From: a virus
Taxonomy: Duplodnaviria > Heunggongvirae > Uroviricota > Caudoviricetes
Reading direction: 5' to 3' (one strand)
DNA length: 64,000 bases
Virus record (IMG/VR): IMGVR_UViG_3300001199_000001
Location: 5,404-69,403 of that record
The notes under the pieces are model-generated. The model was given only the letters and a program-made list of their open reading frames with translations. It searched no databases and was not told the origin of the DNA. The translations under genes were made by a program, and so were the position numbers. The first letter of the stretch is position 1. The number at the start of each line of letters is the position of its first letter. This document shows positions 1 to 7,866 of the stretch, piece by piece.

Positions 1-216
1 TACGTGTTCGGTCTCTATAAGCAATACTGCGCCATGGGCGCGCTGCGTATGGCGGGGGACGGCGACAGCCGTAAAGGCGAAGTCTCACCCCCGACGCTCG
101 CCGCCATCATCGCCATGCAAGATCAAGTCGGCAACATCTCCTATTGGAATGACGCCGAGAATCGCAAGAAGCGTGATGTCCTCTCAGCCTTCGACCGGGC
201 TATCGCAGCGGTCTGA
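1..216 (+). CDS. hypothetical protein, 5'-truncated by window; C-terminal region paralogous to C-terminus of 532..1221 product
   Basis: ORF open to window start; shared motif CA(M/L)GA(L/I)...(A/G)RPG...NI(S/P)(Y/S)WND with 532..1221. Confidence 0.55.
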   Translation, partial: YVFGLYKQYCAMGALRMAGDGDSRKGEVSPPTLAAIIAMQDQVGNISYWNDAENRKKRDVLSAFDRAIAAV

Positions 217-249
217 TCTACCACTCTAATCAAACACTTGAGGGAAAAC

Positions 250-507
250 ATGTCCGCCAAAGTAAAACTGTCCTTGGACGAAGCGCTCGACGACCACGAC
301 ACCGACCTTCATAACAGCAATATCAAAAACATCGTCGCCGCCTTGAAGCACATCGAGGCGGCGCGCAAAGACCTTGCCAAGCAGGAGCGCAAACTCGCTG
401 GCTGGGAAGTCACGCTTCGGGCGATGGCGGCCAACCCGGCTGAAGTCGACCACGAAGAACTCTACAAGCTTTACAGCACAGTCCGCTCGGACACCCCGTC
501 AATTTAA
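250..507 (+). CDS. hypothetical protein (coiled-coil, lysine/glutamate rich)
   Basis: ATG at 250 preceded by GAGGGA; track ORF 238..507 begins at TTG. Confidence 0.5.
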   Translation: MSAKVKLSLDEALDDHDTDLHNSNIKNIVAALKHIEAARKDLAKQERKLAGWEVTLRAMAANPAEVDHEELYKLYSTVRSDTPSI

Positions 508-531
508 CCGCGCCTCTGCCGGAGACCTCCC

Positions 532-1221
532 ATGCCCTTCGACGGATTTATCGAAGACCACACCACTGAGAAGAAGAAGCCACTGACTCTCCTTGAGCTT
601 CTTAAGGATGTCGATTTTTCGGTGCTTGAACAGCGCCTCTTTGCCGCCAACACACTGAAGATGACCAAGGCGGAGCAGGAACTACTGAAGTTCCCTGTTA
701 AGACCAATCCCTGCATGGACGTGCCGCTTTACGACGACGGTTACGCCATCGTCGAGTGGAAGACCACCAAAAAGGACTGGGACATCGACTGGTCGTTCGC
801 TGAGAAGGTCGACTACTATCAGTACCTCTACTCGGGGAAAATGACGGCTCCCAGGCCGAAGAAAGTCGTTGGCGACCTACCCATCGACCGTCCCACGCTC
901 GAAGCGATCATCGATATTCTGACCCGCGCGCGGGCGCTGGTCGCTGAAGGCTGGATGCAAGGGACTTTCGGGGGCTATGATCCTGATACTGAAACCGTGC
1001 GCTACTGCGCGCTCGGCGCTATCCACAAGGCGCATCACGGTCGCCCCGGTCGTCCCTATGACAGTAATCCAAACGTGACGATCCTCGATTACGCCTACAA
1101 GGCGCTCAGCAACGTCGTCGGTAATATTCCGTCGTGGAATGACTACGGCGGCAGGACCCAGGCACAGGTCGTCGCCGGTTTCGACGAGAGCATCGGACGC
1201 CTGCAAAGGATGCTCCCTTGA
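532..1221 (+). CDS. hypothetical protein (paralog of first ORF C-terminus)
   Basis: 229 aa ORF, GGAG upstream; high-GC codon bias. Confidence 0.6.
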   Translation: MPFDGFIEDHTTEKKKPLTLLELLKDVDFSVLEQRLFAANTLKMTKAEQELLKFPVKTNPCMDVPLYDDGYAIVEWKTTKKDWDIDWSFAEKVDYYQYLYSGKMTAPRPKKVVGDLPIDRPTLEAIIDILTRARALVAEGWMQGTFGGYDPDTETVRYCALGAIHKAHHGRPGRPYDSNPNVTILDYAYKALSNVVGNIPSWNDYGGRTQAQVVAGFDESIGRLQRMLP

Positions 1222-1264
1222 GCGACATCCCAGCACTAGGTATGCCGAAAGAGGGCGACGCCTG

Positions 1265-1582
1265 ATGCAGCAGGTCACTTCAATGTACTGCCCTCTCACT
1301 CACGCGCCCTGCGAGTTCACTGGCTGCGTCAGCGGGTTGCGTTGCGCCAACGGCACAGGACCAACATTCATCGATACGTCGCCACCGACCTACCAACCAC
1401 CGCAGCAGATGGCGTCGTGGCTGTCGTCCGACGAAGTCCATCGCATGGTCATGACCGTCGCCGCCAAGCACGACGACTTCGCCTGGAAAGCCTGCGCCAT
1501 GGAAATCCTCGGCGAACTTGAAATCCTCTCAAGAGCCGCGCTCTTCAACACGCCGCGTCCGCCAGCAGACGGCTGCCTTTGA
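1265..1582 (+). CDS. hypothetical Cys-rich protein
   Basis: ATG 1265 after GAGGGCG RBS; N-terminal CPLTHAPCEFTGC. Confidence 0.45.
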   Translation: MQQVTSMYCPLTHAPCEFTGCVSGLRCANGTGPTFIDTSPPTYQPPQQMASWLSSDEVHRMVMTVAAKHDDFAWKACAMEILGELEILSRAALFNTPRPPADGCL

Positions 1583-1848
1583 TGGATAAACCGACCGACA
1601 CCGCTATCCGATTCCTGCGACGGATGAACGACTGGGAAATGGTGGCTTGCGATAAACCGTTAGAGCGGTGCTTTCTAGAAGCGCTTCTGCTTGATTTCAT
1701 CGAACTCAAGCGTAGTTCTAGCAGCGGCGTCCCGGTATTCGTCCTTAGTAATGAAGGGCGGGAATTCGTCATGGCGAATGGTGGTTTTGTAGATTACTGG
1801 GCAGAGGAAGATACTAGAAGAAGCCCGAAAGATCGTCCGGATGCCTAA
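1582..1848 (+). CDS. hypothetical protein
   Basis: ATG overlaps upstream TGA (TGATG). Confidence 0.5.
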   Translation: MDKPTDTAIRFLRRMNDWEMVACDKPLERCFLEALLLDFIELKRSSSSGVPVFVLSNEGREFVMANGGFVDYWAEEDTRRSPKDRPDA

Positions 1849-2125
1849 GTTCACGCCCGACAAAGAATGGGACTATTACGACGGCCCTCTCTTCGGCACC
1901 GCGTTGGACGAGACCGGCGCGGCCTGGGTCTACATCGTCGCCGGTAGTAAAGGGCGTAAATTCCTCGTCGTGCCGTGGATCGAAGGCGTCACCCACGTTC
2001 GGGAACTCATAAAACGCGCCGATAAGGCGTTCCTCTGGGACTTCGAGGGCGACGCTGTCGAGATCGCCGTTCCCGAACCCAGTGATTTCGCCGGAGAAGG
2101 TCTGCTGGTTGGGGATGTAGCCTGA
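1841..2125 (+). CDS. hypothetical protein
   Basis: 94 aa ORF, 8-nt overlap with upstream gene. Confidence 0.5.
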   Translation: MPKFTPDKEWDYYDGPLFGTALDETGAAWVYIVAGSKGRKFLVVPWIEGVTHVRELIKRADKAFLWDFEGDAVEIAVPEPSDFAGEGLLVGDVA

Positions 2126-2637
2126 TGCACATCACCACCTACACCTTCAACACCGTTCGCGGTGAAGAGCCCTACAAATGCACCTGCGGCAGTTGTGGTA
2201 AAACCCTTCGCCGCAGAGCCGTCGTCGAGAACACCATCAATCCCTATAACCGCACTGAGGACGGGACGCCAAAGACCCGTTCGCAAGTCTATTGGGACGC
2301 CCGCGCCGCCGCCAAGGTCGAAGCCGCGAGGCTGGAAGGGACCGAGACAATCTGCCGCGACTGCGAGGAGAAGCCGCGTCGCGATCTCCTCCTCGCCATG
2401 GCGGCGGCCCCTGAAACCGAATTCCCCAAGCCTGAGCGGTACTGGAATTCGGCGATGCACTATCTCGAAGATCGTAAGCAGGTCGAACAGCGTCACACCA
2501 AATGCGAGTGCGGGGCGCCGTGTTGCAGCCGTTGGCGTACATCGGAAGGTTATTTCATCACCGAACTCGGCAAGAAGCGCGCCGCCAAGTTCCAGGCGAA
2601 GCCCCAACTTGTAAGGAACGCTGATGAGTTGGCCTGA
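2125..2637 (+). CDS. Cys-rich zinc-finger-like protein
   Basis: CTCGSCGK...CRDCEE...CECGAPCC motifs; TGATG coupling to upstream gene. Confidence 0.55.
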   Translation: MHITTYTFNTVRGEEPYKCTCGSCGKTLRRRAVVENTINPYNRTEDGTPKTRSQVYWDARAAAKVEAARLEGTETICRDCEEKPRRDLLLAMAAAPETEFPKPERYWNSAMHYLEDRKQVEQRHTKCECGAPCCSRWRTSEGYFITELGKKRAAKFQAKPQLVRNADELA

Positions 2638-2701
2638 AGCTTTTATCGCCGTTGGATTTGGTCTGGTCTTCGCCGTGGCTATCGGAGCCTGCGCGCGATG
2701 A
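2624..2701 (+). CDS. 25-aa hydrophobic micro-protein (MSWPEAF family, copy 1)
   Basis: MSWPEAFIAVGFGLVFAVAIGACAR; ATGA overlap with next copy. Confidence 0.35.
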   Translation: MSWPEAFIAVGFGLVFAVAIGACAR

Positions 2702-2775
2702 GTTGGCTAGAAGTTGTCACCTTTGTCGGCTTTTCCGCCTCCGTCGTTTTTATCATGTGGTGCTCCAGCCTATGA
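2698..2775 (+). CDS. 25-aa hydrophobic micro-protein (copy 2)
   Basis: MSWLEVVTFVGFSASVVFIMWCSSL; ATGA overlaps at both ends. Confidence 0.35.
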   Translation: MSWLEVVTFVGFSASVVFIMWCSSL

Positions 2776-2849
2776 ACTGGCCTGAAGCTTTCGCCGCCGT
2801 AGGTATCGCCGCCTCGTTCGCCTTCATGATCTGGTGTGCATCTCGATGA
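2772..2849 (+). CDS. 25-aa hydrophobic micro-protein (copy 3)
   Basis: MNWPEAFAAVGIAASFAFMIWCASR; ATGA overlaps at both ends. Confidence 0.35.
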   Translation: MNWPEAFAAVGIAASFAFMIWCASR

Positions 2850-3274
2850 CCGAACCCGTCACCCTTGCAGATTGCCCGCCCGGCCTGTTCCGTTTCGGTG
2901 AAGGCCGAAGTGTCTCCCTCGGCTTCAAGACCGAATACGGTATGATCGGCGGCGAGGCAGTCGGACCCGACGTGGTCTTCAAGGTAACCAACTGGCCGGA
3001 CGCCTACGTTCTCGCCAGTGGTGAATTCTTCTGGGGCGGCGTTACGACTCACGAGGAACGCGCCGCGCTGATGGTCACGCCTATCGACCCTGATCACGTC
3101 GCCGATCTCTTCTCACACCGCGACTCATGGGGCGATATGCTGAACACGCTTGTCAGCCGCGTTGACATCGAATACATTCCTGACGACGACAAATCATACT
3201 GGCAACACGAACTGAAGGTTTTCAACCGCGTGTTCACCGCCATTACGGGAAAGGCATATGACCCAGAAAGATGA
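2846..3274 (+). CDS. hypothetical protein
   Basis: ATG 2846 overlaps stop of micro-ORF (ATGA); 142 aa. Confidence 0.55.
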   Translation: MTEPVTLADCPPGLFRFGEGRSVSLGFKTEYGMIGGEAVGPDVVFKVTNWPDAYVLASGEFFWGGVTTHEERAALMVTPIDPDHVADLFSHRDSWGDMLNTLVSRVDIEYIPDDDKSYWQHELKVFNRVFTAITGKAYDPER

Positions 3275-3452
3275 CCTGCTCTCGGAATGGGAACGCGAGG
3301 CGCGCGCTGCCGCCGAACGTCTGTTCCCCTACGAGCCGATCACACCGCGTGAACGTCAGCGGATGAAATCGCTCGGCTGCGATGTCGACTACATCGAACG
3401 GCTGGAGCGCGGCGAGCATCTGAACGAAAACTTCCTGAAGGACTGCGATTGA
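3258..3452 (+). CDS. hypothetical protein
   Basis: 64 aa ORF. Confidence 0.45.
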   Translation: MTQKDDLLSEWEREARAAAERLFPYEPITPRERQRMKSLGCDVDYIERLERGEHLNENFLKDCD

Positions 3453-3455
3453 CTC

Positions 3456-3836
3456 ATGGCGCGCTATCCCGGCTCTCGCTACGGGAAGGTCCACCCGAAA
3501 AACCGGGCGCTGGTCTTCAAGCGCGACGGACTGCGTTGCAAATATTGCGGGTGCACCTGCATCCACCCGGACCAAACCTACCAGGGGAACCCTCGGGCGG
3601 CGACTATCGACCATAAGATTCCCCGTTCGATGGAGGGCGATAACCGTCCCTCCAATCTCGTGACAGCTTGTTTTGACTGCAATAATAAGAAGGGAGGGGC
3701 TACGGATTTCGATCCGACAACCAAGTACCGCGACAATCCGCCCCTTGTCTCCGGCGAGGCCGCACGCGAACTCGCACGTCAAATCATCCGCCAGAACATC
3801 GATCACTACGCGACCTTGAACGGGAAGAAGGCTTAA
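3456..3836 (+). CDS. HNH endonuclease
   Basis: CKYCGC...IDHKIP...N...CFDCNNKKG motif (HNH, Cys4 plus His/Asn). Confidence 0.8.
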   Translation: MARYPGSRYGKVHPKNRALVFKRDGLRCKYCGCTCIHPDQTYQGNPRAATIDHKIPRSMEGDNRPSNLVTACFDCNNKKGGATDFDPTTKYRDNPPLVSGEAARELARQIIRQNIDHYATLNGKKA

Positions 3837-4051
3837 TGGACACCGGCTCGAAAATCTTTGTCACCTTCGTTCTGTTCTTCCTGAGCGCCACTGCTACGGT
3901 TAGCAACCTTCAGGTCGAATCACTGCTGCGTCTGGCGAAGGCTGCCGTCCATGACGAGGACGTGGCTAAGCCGTCGACTAACGATAGGGTGACCTGCTTT
4001 CTCCCCGTGGTCATCGCGGCTTTAGGTATTTTTGCGGTCTGGACTAACTAA
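3836..4051 (+). CDS. small membrane protein
   Basis: two hydrophobic helices; TAATG coupling to HNH gene. Confidence 0.5.
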   Translation: MDTGSKIFVTFVLFFLSATATVSNLQVESLLRLAKAAVHDEDVAKPSTNDRVTCFLPVVIAALGIFAVWTN

Positions 4052-4086
4052 AAAATCATCAACGAGAAAAACAAAGGAAACACCCT

Positions 4087-4497
4087 ATGTCGGACACCCT
4101 CGAACTCGTCCAAACCACAGCCGCCACCTCGGGTCTCGTCTTTGACGCCAGTGGCAACATCGTCGACCACCCGGTCATTGAACAGCCGACGGAGCGCCAG
4201 ATCGTCCTCTGGACGGAGACCGGCGAGACCATCGAGATGGTCGATCTCGAACTGCGTTCTGATGCCGTGCCGCTCGAAGATTTCGACGCCGCCCTGAACC
4301 GCTGGCAACTGGCGCGCATGACCAAGCCGGGCAAGGCCAACAAGAACTTCATGCGCGAGTTCCCGTTCGAATACCTCGTCGAACTGGCCTACCGGGGGCG
4401 CTCCGGGCTCGCGAGCCTGTCGGTCCTGCAATGGAAGCCGACCGTCGTTGTCGTCGGTGAAGGCGTCATCGGATCGGCAATTCATCCCGGTGAATAA
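4087..4497 (+). CDS. hypothetical protein
   Basis: AAAGGAAACACCCT-ATG RBS; 136 aa. Confidence 0.6.
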   Translation: MSDTLELVQTTAATSGLVFDASGNIVDHPVIEQPTERQIVLWTETGETIEMVDLELRSDAVPLEDFDAALNRWQLARMTKPGKANKNFMREFPFEYLVELAYRGRSGLASLSVLQWKPTVVVVGEGVIGSAIHPGE

Positions 4498-4564
4498 AAC
4501 CCAGCCCTCCAAGCGTAAGCTGAAGCTGCTCGACAGCGCGGGCGACTATACATCGCCCCAGCTT

Positions 4565-4858
4565 ATGATTGAAATTCTGGACGATGCGATGAGAGAAATC
4601 GATTACTCGAATTTTCACACCAATCGCATGCGGCTGATTCAGGGGATTATCCGCGACTGGGCGAAAGACAACGGCATCGAGATGGGGCCGACGAAAGCTC
4701 AACGAGACAAGATGCGAGAAGAGGCTTCGAGACAGAGAAACATCCAAGCCTATGTGGATATGAACGTTCCCAAAGATCGCGCCGAAGCTTTCGTGGACGG
4801 TAAAATCAGCGCCCGCGAACTTCTTGAGGAAGTTACCAAGGGTACCGAAGGAACTTGA
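4565..4858 (+). CDS. hypothetical protein (start uncertain; ORF open from 4448)
   Basis: first ATG after upstream stop at 4565. Confidence 0.45.
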   Translation: MIEILDDAMREIDYSNFHTNRMRLIQGIIRDWAKDNGIEMGPTKAQRDKMREEASRQRNIQAYVDMNVPKDRAEAFVDGKISARELLEEVTKGTEGT

Positions 4859-4859
4859 G

Positions 4860-5123
4860 ATGCCCTACTCTCTTTACCGCAACCTCCGCCGCCTGTGGGA
4901 TTACAAGGCCCTGCCTATGTTCTTGACCTCCCGTCCGAAAAGGCGGGAGGGCCGCCTGATTGGGTTGCTGTTTGAAGACATGACCTTGACTGAGCCGACA
5001 TGGCGAGACGCGCAGTGGTATCCGTACTCGGGTGGTTATTGGCAGTTCAAGGGCGGCGGCAAACTTCCTCAAGGGGCATCTCGCCTTTGGGGCTGGAAAC
5101 CATTGAAAGCAGGAAAGGTCTAA
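4860..5123 (+). CDS. hypothetical protein (N-terminus MPYSLYR)
   Basis: AAGGAACT RBS; ATG 4860. Confidence 0.55.
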   Translation: MPYSLYRNLRRLWDYKALPMFLTSRPKRREGRLIGLLFEDMTLTEPTWRDAQWYPYSGGYWQFKGGGKLPQGASRLWGWKPLKAGKV

Positions 5124-5422
5124 TGCCCTATTCCCTCTACCGCACGCGTGACGGCGCCGGGGACAGCGGCGGCATGAGCATGGCTCTCATTCCGAACAAG
5201 AGTGCTGCCTCTTCCGATGACCCCGATAACCTGAAAATCGACTACGAGCACAACGCCCGTCCGCGCGTGGGCGTCGCCATGCGTGTCGGCAGCATCGCCG
5301 GGCGTACTTTCGCCAGTCAGGACTGGTGGCAGACGACGCTGATAACCGAGATCATCAGCGATACGCCTGAAGAAGTGCGGTTCAAGACCGGTAACTCTGA
5401 ATATGTCTGGAAGGTGTTGTGA
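5123..5422 (+). CDS. hypothetical protein (N-terminus MPYSLYR, paralogous start)
   Basis: AGGAAAGG RBS, TAATG coupling. Confidence 0.55.
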   Translation: MPYSLYRTRDGAGDSGGMSMALIPNKSAASSDDPDNLKIDYEHNARPRVGVAMRVGSIAGRTFASQDWWQTTLITEIISDTPEEVRFKTGNSEYVWKVL

Positions 5423-5763
5423 TGACTGAAGAAACCGCCGCCCATACCTACGTATTAACTGAGAGTTCCCGGATCACCAAGCGTCACATTTGCAAATCGT
5501 GGTCTCACTTCTTCCAGGCCATCAAGGCGGGCGATAAGAAGCACGATCTCCGCTTTGACGGGGATCGAGGCTTCTCCGTCGGCGATGAAGTCCTGCTGAG
5601 GGAATATGACAACATCAACGGTGTTTACACCGGAGAAGAGTGCCTAACCAAGGTCACCTATCTCACCTCGCGCGAGGTGCCTTGCGCCTTCTCAAGCGCC
5701 GTGCTGGATCGTGATTATGTTATCCTCAGTCTGGAGCCGATCAGGCAGCGCGGACGGTTCTAG
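5422..5763 (+). CDS. DUF3850 / ASCH-like (PUA-fold) domain protein
   Basis: HTYVLTES...FQAIKAGDKKHDLRFDGDRGFSVGDEVLLREYD..NGVYTGEE matches DUF3850 consensus. Confidence 0.7.
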   Translation: MTEETAAHTYVLTESSRITKRHICKSWSHFFQAIKAGDKKHDLRFDGDRGFSVGDEVLLREYDNINGVYTGEECLTKVTYLTSREVPCAFSSAVLDRDYVILSLEPIRQRGRF

Positions 5764-5951
5764 TGGGATACCGCCCGCCGACTGCCGAAGACCTCCGCGC
5801 CGATCTGCAAGACATGGGATGTCCTTGGCAGCTTACTGAACTCTTGATCGCCAACGTCATCATCGGTCTCTTCACCGTCGACGAAGTCATCCGACTCGCT
5901 GACAACCTCCGCCTCTCGTCAATTCAGGAACGTAAACTTGTCCAACCGTAA
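5763..5951 (+). CDS. hypothetical protein (GTG start)
   Basis: 62 aa ORF coupled to upstream stop. Confidence 0.4.
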   Translation: MGYRPPTAEDLRADLQDMGCPWQLTELLIANVIIGLFTVDEVIRLADNLRLSSIQERKLVQP

Positions 5952-6288
5952 CCTATATAAATTTAGCTGGGACTGCGGGCGCGCAGGCGAGGTCGACGGC
6001 CTGCTGACCGCTACCCCTGAGCAGATCGCAGGCATCGTCGGCAAGGGCGTCTACTTCGGTGAAATCCTCGGCAAACACTCCGAAGTGTATGGGCTAGCAC
6101 AGGCTGAAGAATTCACTCTCGTCACCGACGATCAAACCTTCATCGCCAAGATGGAGGAACTGTTCGCCCCACCTTTCGAAGACGGCGACGGCCCGAAATG
6201 CCTCTTCGGCTACAGCCCGTTTGACTATCTCGAAGAGATCGAGGACGACGAACCGACCGATGAAACCGACGAAGAGGTCGAAGATTGA
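5938..6288 (+). CDS. hypothetical acidic protein (TTG start in track; true start uncertain)
   Basis: 116 aa ORF with acidic C-terminus EEIEDDEPTDETDEEVED. Confidence 0.4.
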   Translation: MSNRNLYKFSWDCGRAGEVDGLLTATPEQIAGIVGKGVYFGEILGKHSEVYGLAQAEEFTLVTDDQTFIAKMEELFAPPFEDGDGPKCLFGYSPFDYLEEIEDDEPTDETDEEVED

Positions 6289-6371
6289 TCGTTGAAGCCT
6301 TGCGGCTTTTCGCAGCCGCCGCCTTCGTCGTCTTCGGACTGCTCGTACTCGCCACCGCTATCGCCAAATAG
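6285..6371 (+). CDS. possible 28-aa hydrophobic micro-protein (TTG start)
   Basis: MIVEALRLFAAAAFVVFGLLVLATAIAK; AAGAGGTCGAAGA RBS 7 nt upstream. Confidence 0.3.
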   Translation: MIVEALRLFAAAAFVVFGLLVLATAIAK

Positions 6372-6378
6372 ACATGAC

Positions 6379-6555
6379 GTGATCAAACGAACCGGCAACT
6401 TCAGAGTTGGCGACACAGTGCGGCGCCGGGGGTTCACGATCCCCGGCGTCATCACTGACATCACCGATTCGAGTTGGATCAAAATGCGCTGGGCGGTCAA
6501 AGCCAAGGGCCATGCCGAATACCACCACCCGGCTGAGTTGGAGAAGATCGAGTGA
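6379..6555 (+). CDS. hypothetical protein (GTG start; ORF open from 6292)
   Basis: VIKRTGNFRVGDTVRRRGFTIPGVITDI...; upstream part of the ORF is low complexity. Confidence 0.4.
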   Translation: MIKRTGNFRVGDTVRRRGFTIPGVITDITDSSWIKMRWAVKAKGHAEYHHPAELEKIE

Positions 6556-6635
6556 GCGAAGCCATCATTGTCGGTAGTCTCGTCTACATCTCCGGCCTCC
6601 TGACCCTGATCTATTTCAGACTGGGTGAAAAATGA
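6552..6635 (+). CDS. possible 27-aa hydrophobic micro-protein (GTG start)
   Basis: VSEAIIVGSLVYISGLLTLIYFRLGEK; overlapping start/stop at both ends. Confidence 0.3.
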   Translation: MSEAIIVGSLVYISGLLTLIYFRLGEK

Positions 6636-6865
6636 CCGCACGCATCCCCACCACCACCGTAGCCGAACTCAACACCCTCGACGACGCCGAGATCATCGAA
6701 GGCTACTGGGACGGTTTCAACGGCGAGCCCGCGCCCGGCGATAACCGATCCCTCAGGTATTGGCACGGTTGGCGCAACGGCGCTGTCGATGGTGGTTTCA
6801 TCGAGAAGGACGACGCTCAAGCTGCGTTAGCTAAGGAAGTCGTGGCGGGGTGGAAGAAAAAATGA
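6632..6865 (+). CDS. small protein with Rmf-like (ribosome modulation factor) motif, tentative
   Basis: EGYWDGFNGEP...NRSLRYWHGWRNGA resembles Rmf RGYQAGIAGRS...RSQWLGGWREA. Confidence 0.4.
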   Translation: MTARIPTTTVAELNTLDDAEIIEGYWDGFNGEPAPGDNRSLRYWHGWRNGAVDGGFIEKDDAQAALAKEVVAGWKKK

Positions 6866-7101
6866 ACAAAGCTCAAAGATGGCTGGACGAAAAAGCCGCC
6901 GACTATCCCTTCGGCCCTGTTGAAACCCCGATCAAGACTGTCGATCCACGACACTACGGCGCCGGCATGTGCTCGGCTGTGCTGCGCGACGGCGTGCGCA
7001 CGTGGCGGTTCAAGACTGAGAAGGGCATGGCCCGGTTCATCTACAACAACGAGGAACACATCCTTGTCAGCTTCTCCGCCGCCGCTGTTTCGCCGGACTG
7101 A
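6862..7101 (+). CDS. hypothetical protein
   Basis: GGTGGAAG RBS, ATGA coupling; alternative ATG at 6850. Confidence 0.5.
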   Translation: MNKAQRWLDEKAADYPFGPVETPIKTVDPRHYGAGMCSAVLRDGVRTWRFKTEKGMARFIYNNEEHILVSFSAAAVSPD

Positions 7102-7747
7102 ACAACCCAGCGTCATTCAGATCATTCCAAATTCTTTTCAACACGGAGCCGGTCTCCTGGTTAACGAAGATGGAAGAACGCGCGCCATGCGGACTCCCGA
7201 GTAAATAAGGACGCATCGTCTCCCAAGATTCAGCGTAGTCCGCATTTTTAGTACGAAGCAATTCGCGCTCCAACAGCAGCCGTCCAGCTACTTCAAGCGG
7301 AACGGTACCATCTGCTAATGGAGCGTGCAGCCATCCGCAATTAACGAGCACAGGAACGGCCATATGGTGATAAAATTTTACATCTAAAATCTGCGCCATG
7401 AAAACAGCAGCGGGACTGGTTATAGATTTTACCGATTCAATAACTCTCTCAGCATCTTCGATGTGATACGGGCAGGTTATAAAACCATTAGCAAAGTGAA
7501 CGGTATGATCTAATCCTTTGTACCCAGTGTCATGGCCCGGTTCCGTCACGTATGTGTCGGGTCCCTGCTTGCTGAGCAGTGGGTGCCATAAAGGGTACGA
7601 AGATACTACCGGCCCGAGATCAGTCACGATGTCACGGAGCATCCACTGACTTCTCTCTCGGTCAGCATTTTTTATGTCCCTTCCGATCAGGTAGTTCTCG
7701 ACACTCGCGTAGCCCGTTCTAGCTGCCTCATCCGCTCTAAAGGTCAT
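7067..7747 (-). CDS. hypothetical protein on opposite strand in low-GC segment (moron-like)
   Basis: 226 aa ORF; locally AT-rich relative to flanks; divergent from promoter at 7832. Confidence 0.55.
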   Translation of the reverse strand: MTFRADEAARTGYASVENYLIGRDIKNADRERSQWMLRDIVTDLGPVVSSYPLWHPLLSKQGPDTYVTEPGHDTGYKGLDHTVHFANGFITCPYHIEDAERVIESVKSITSPAAVFMAQILDVKFYHHMAVPVLVNCGWLHAPLADGTVPLEVAGRLLLERELLRTKNADYAESWETMRPYLLGSPHGARSSIFVNQETGSVLKRIWNDLNDAGLFSPAKQRRRRS

Positions 7748-7831
7748 CTTCGTTCCTCATAAAATCTGTTCCTAACGCATAAAACATTCATTCTGTGCGT
7801 AAGTCAACGATTCCATGTTCCGACAAAAGTG

Positions 7832-7860
7832 TTGACGGCTGACATCGAATGTCATAGGAT
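7832..7860 (+). promoter_or_regulatory. sigma70-like promoter TTGACG-N17-TAGGAT, 6 nt before ATG (leaderless mRNA)
   Basis: TTGACG 7832-7837, TAGGAT 7855-7860, ATG 7867. Confidence 0.55.
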
Positions 7861-7866
7861 CGGCAA

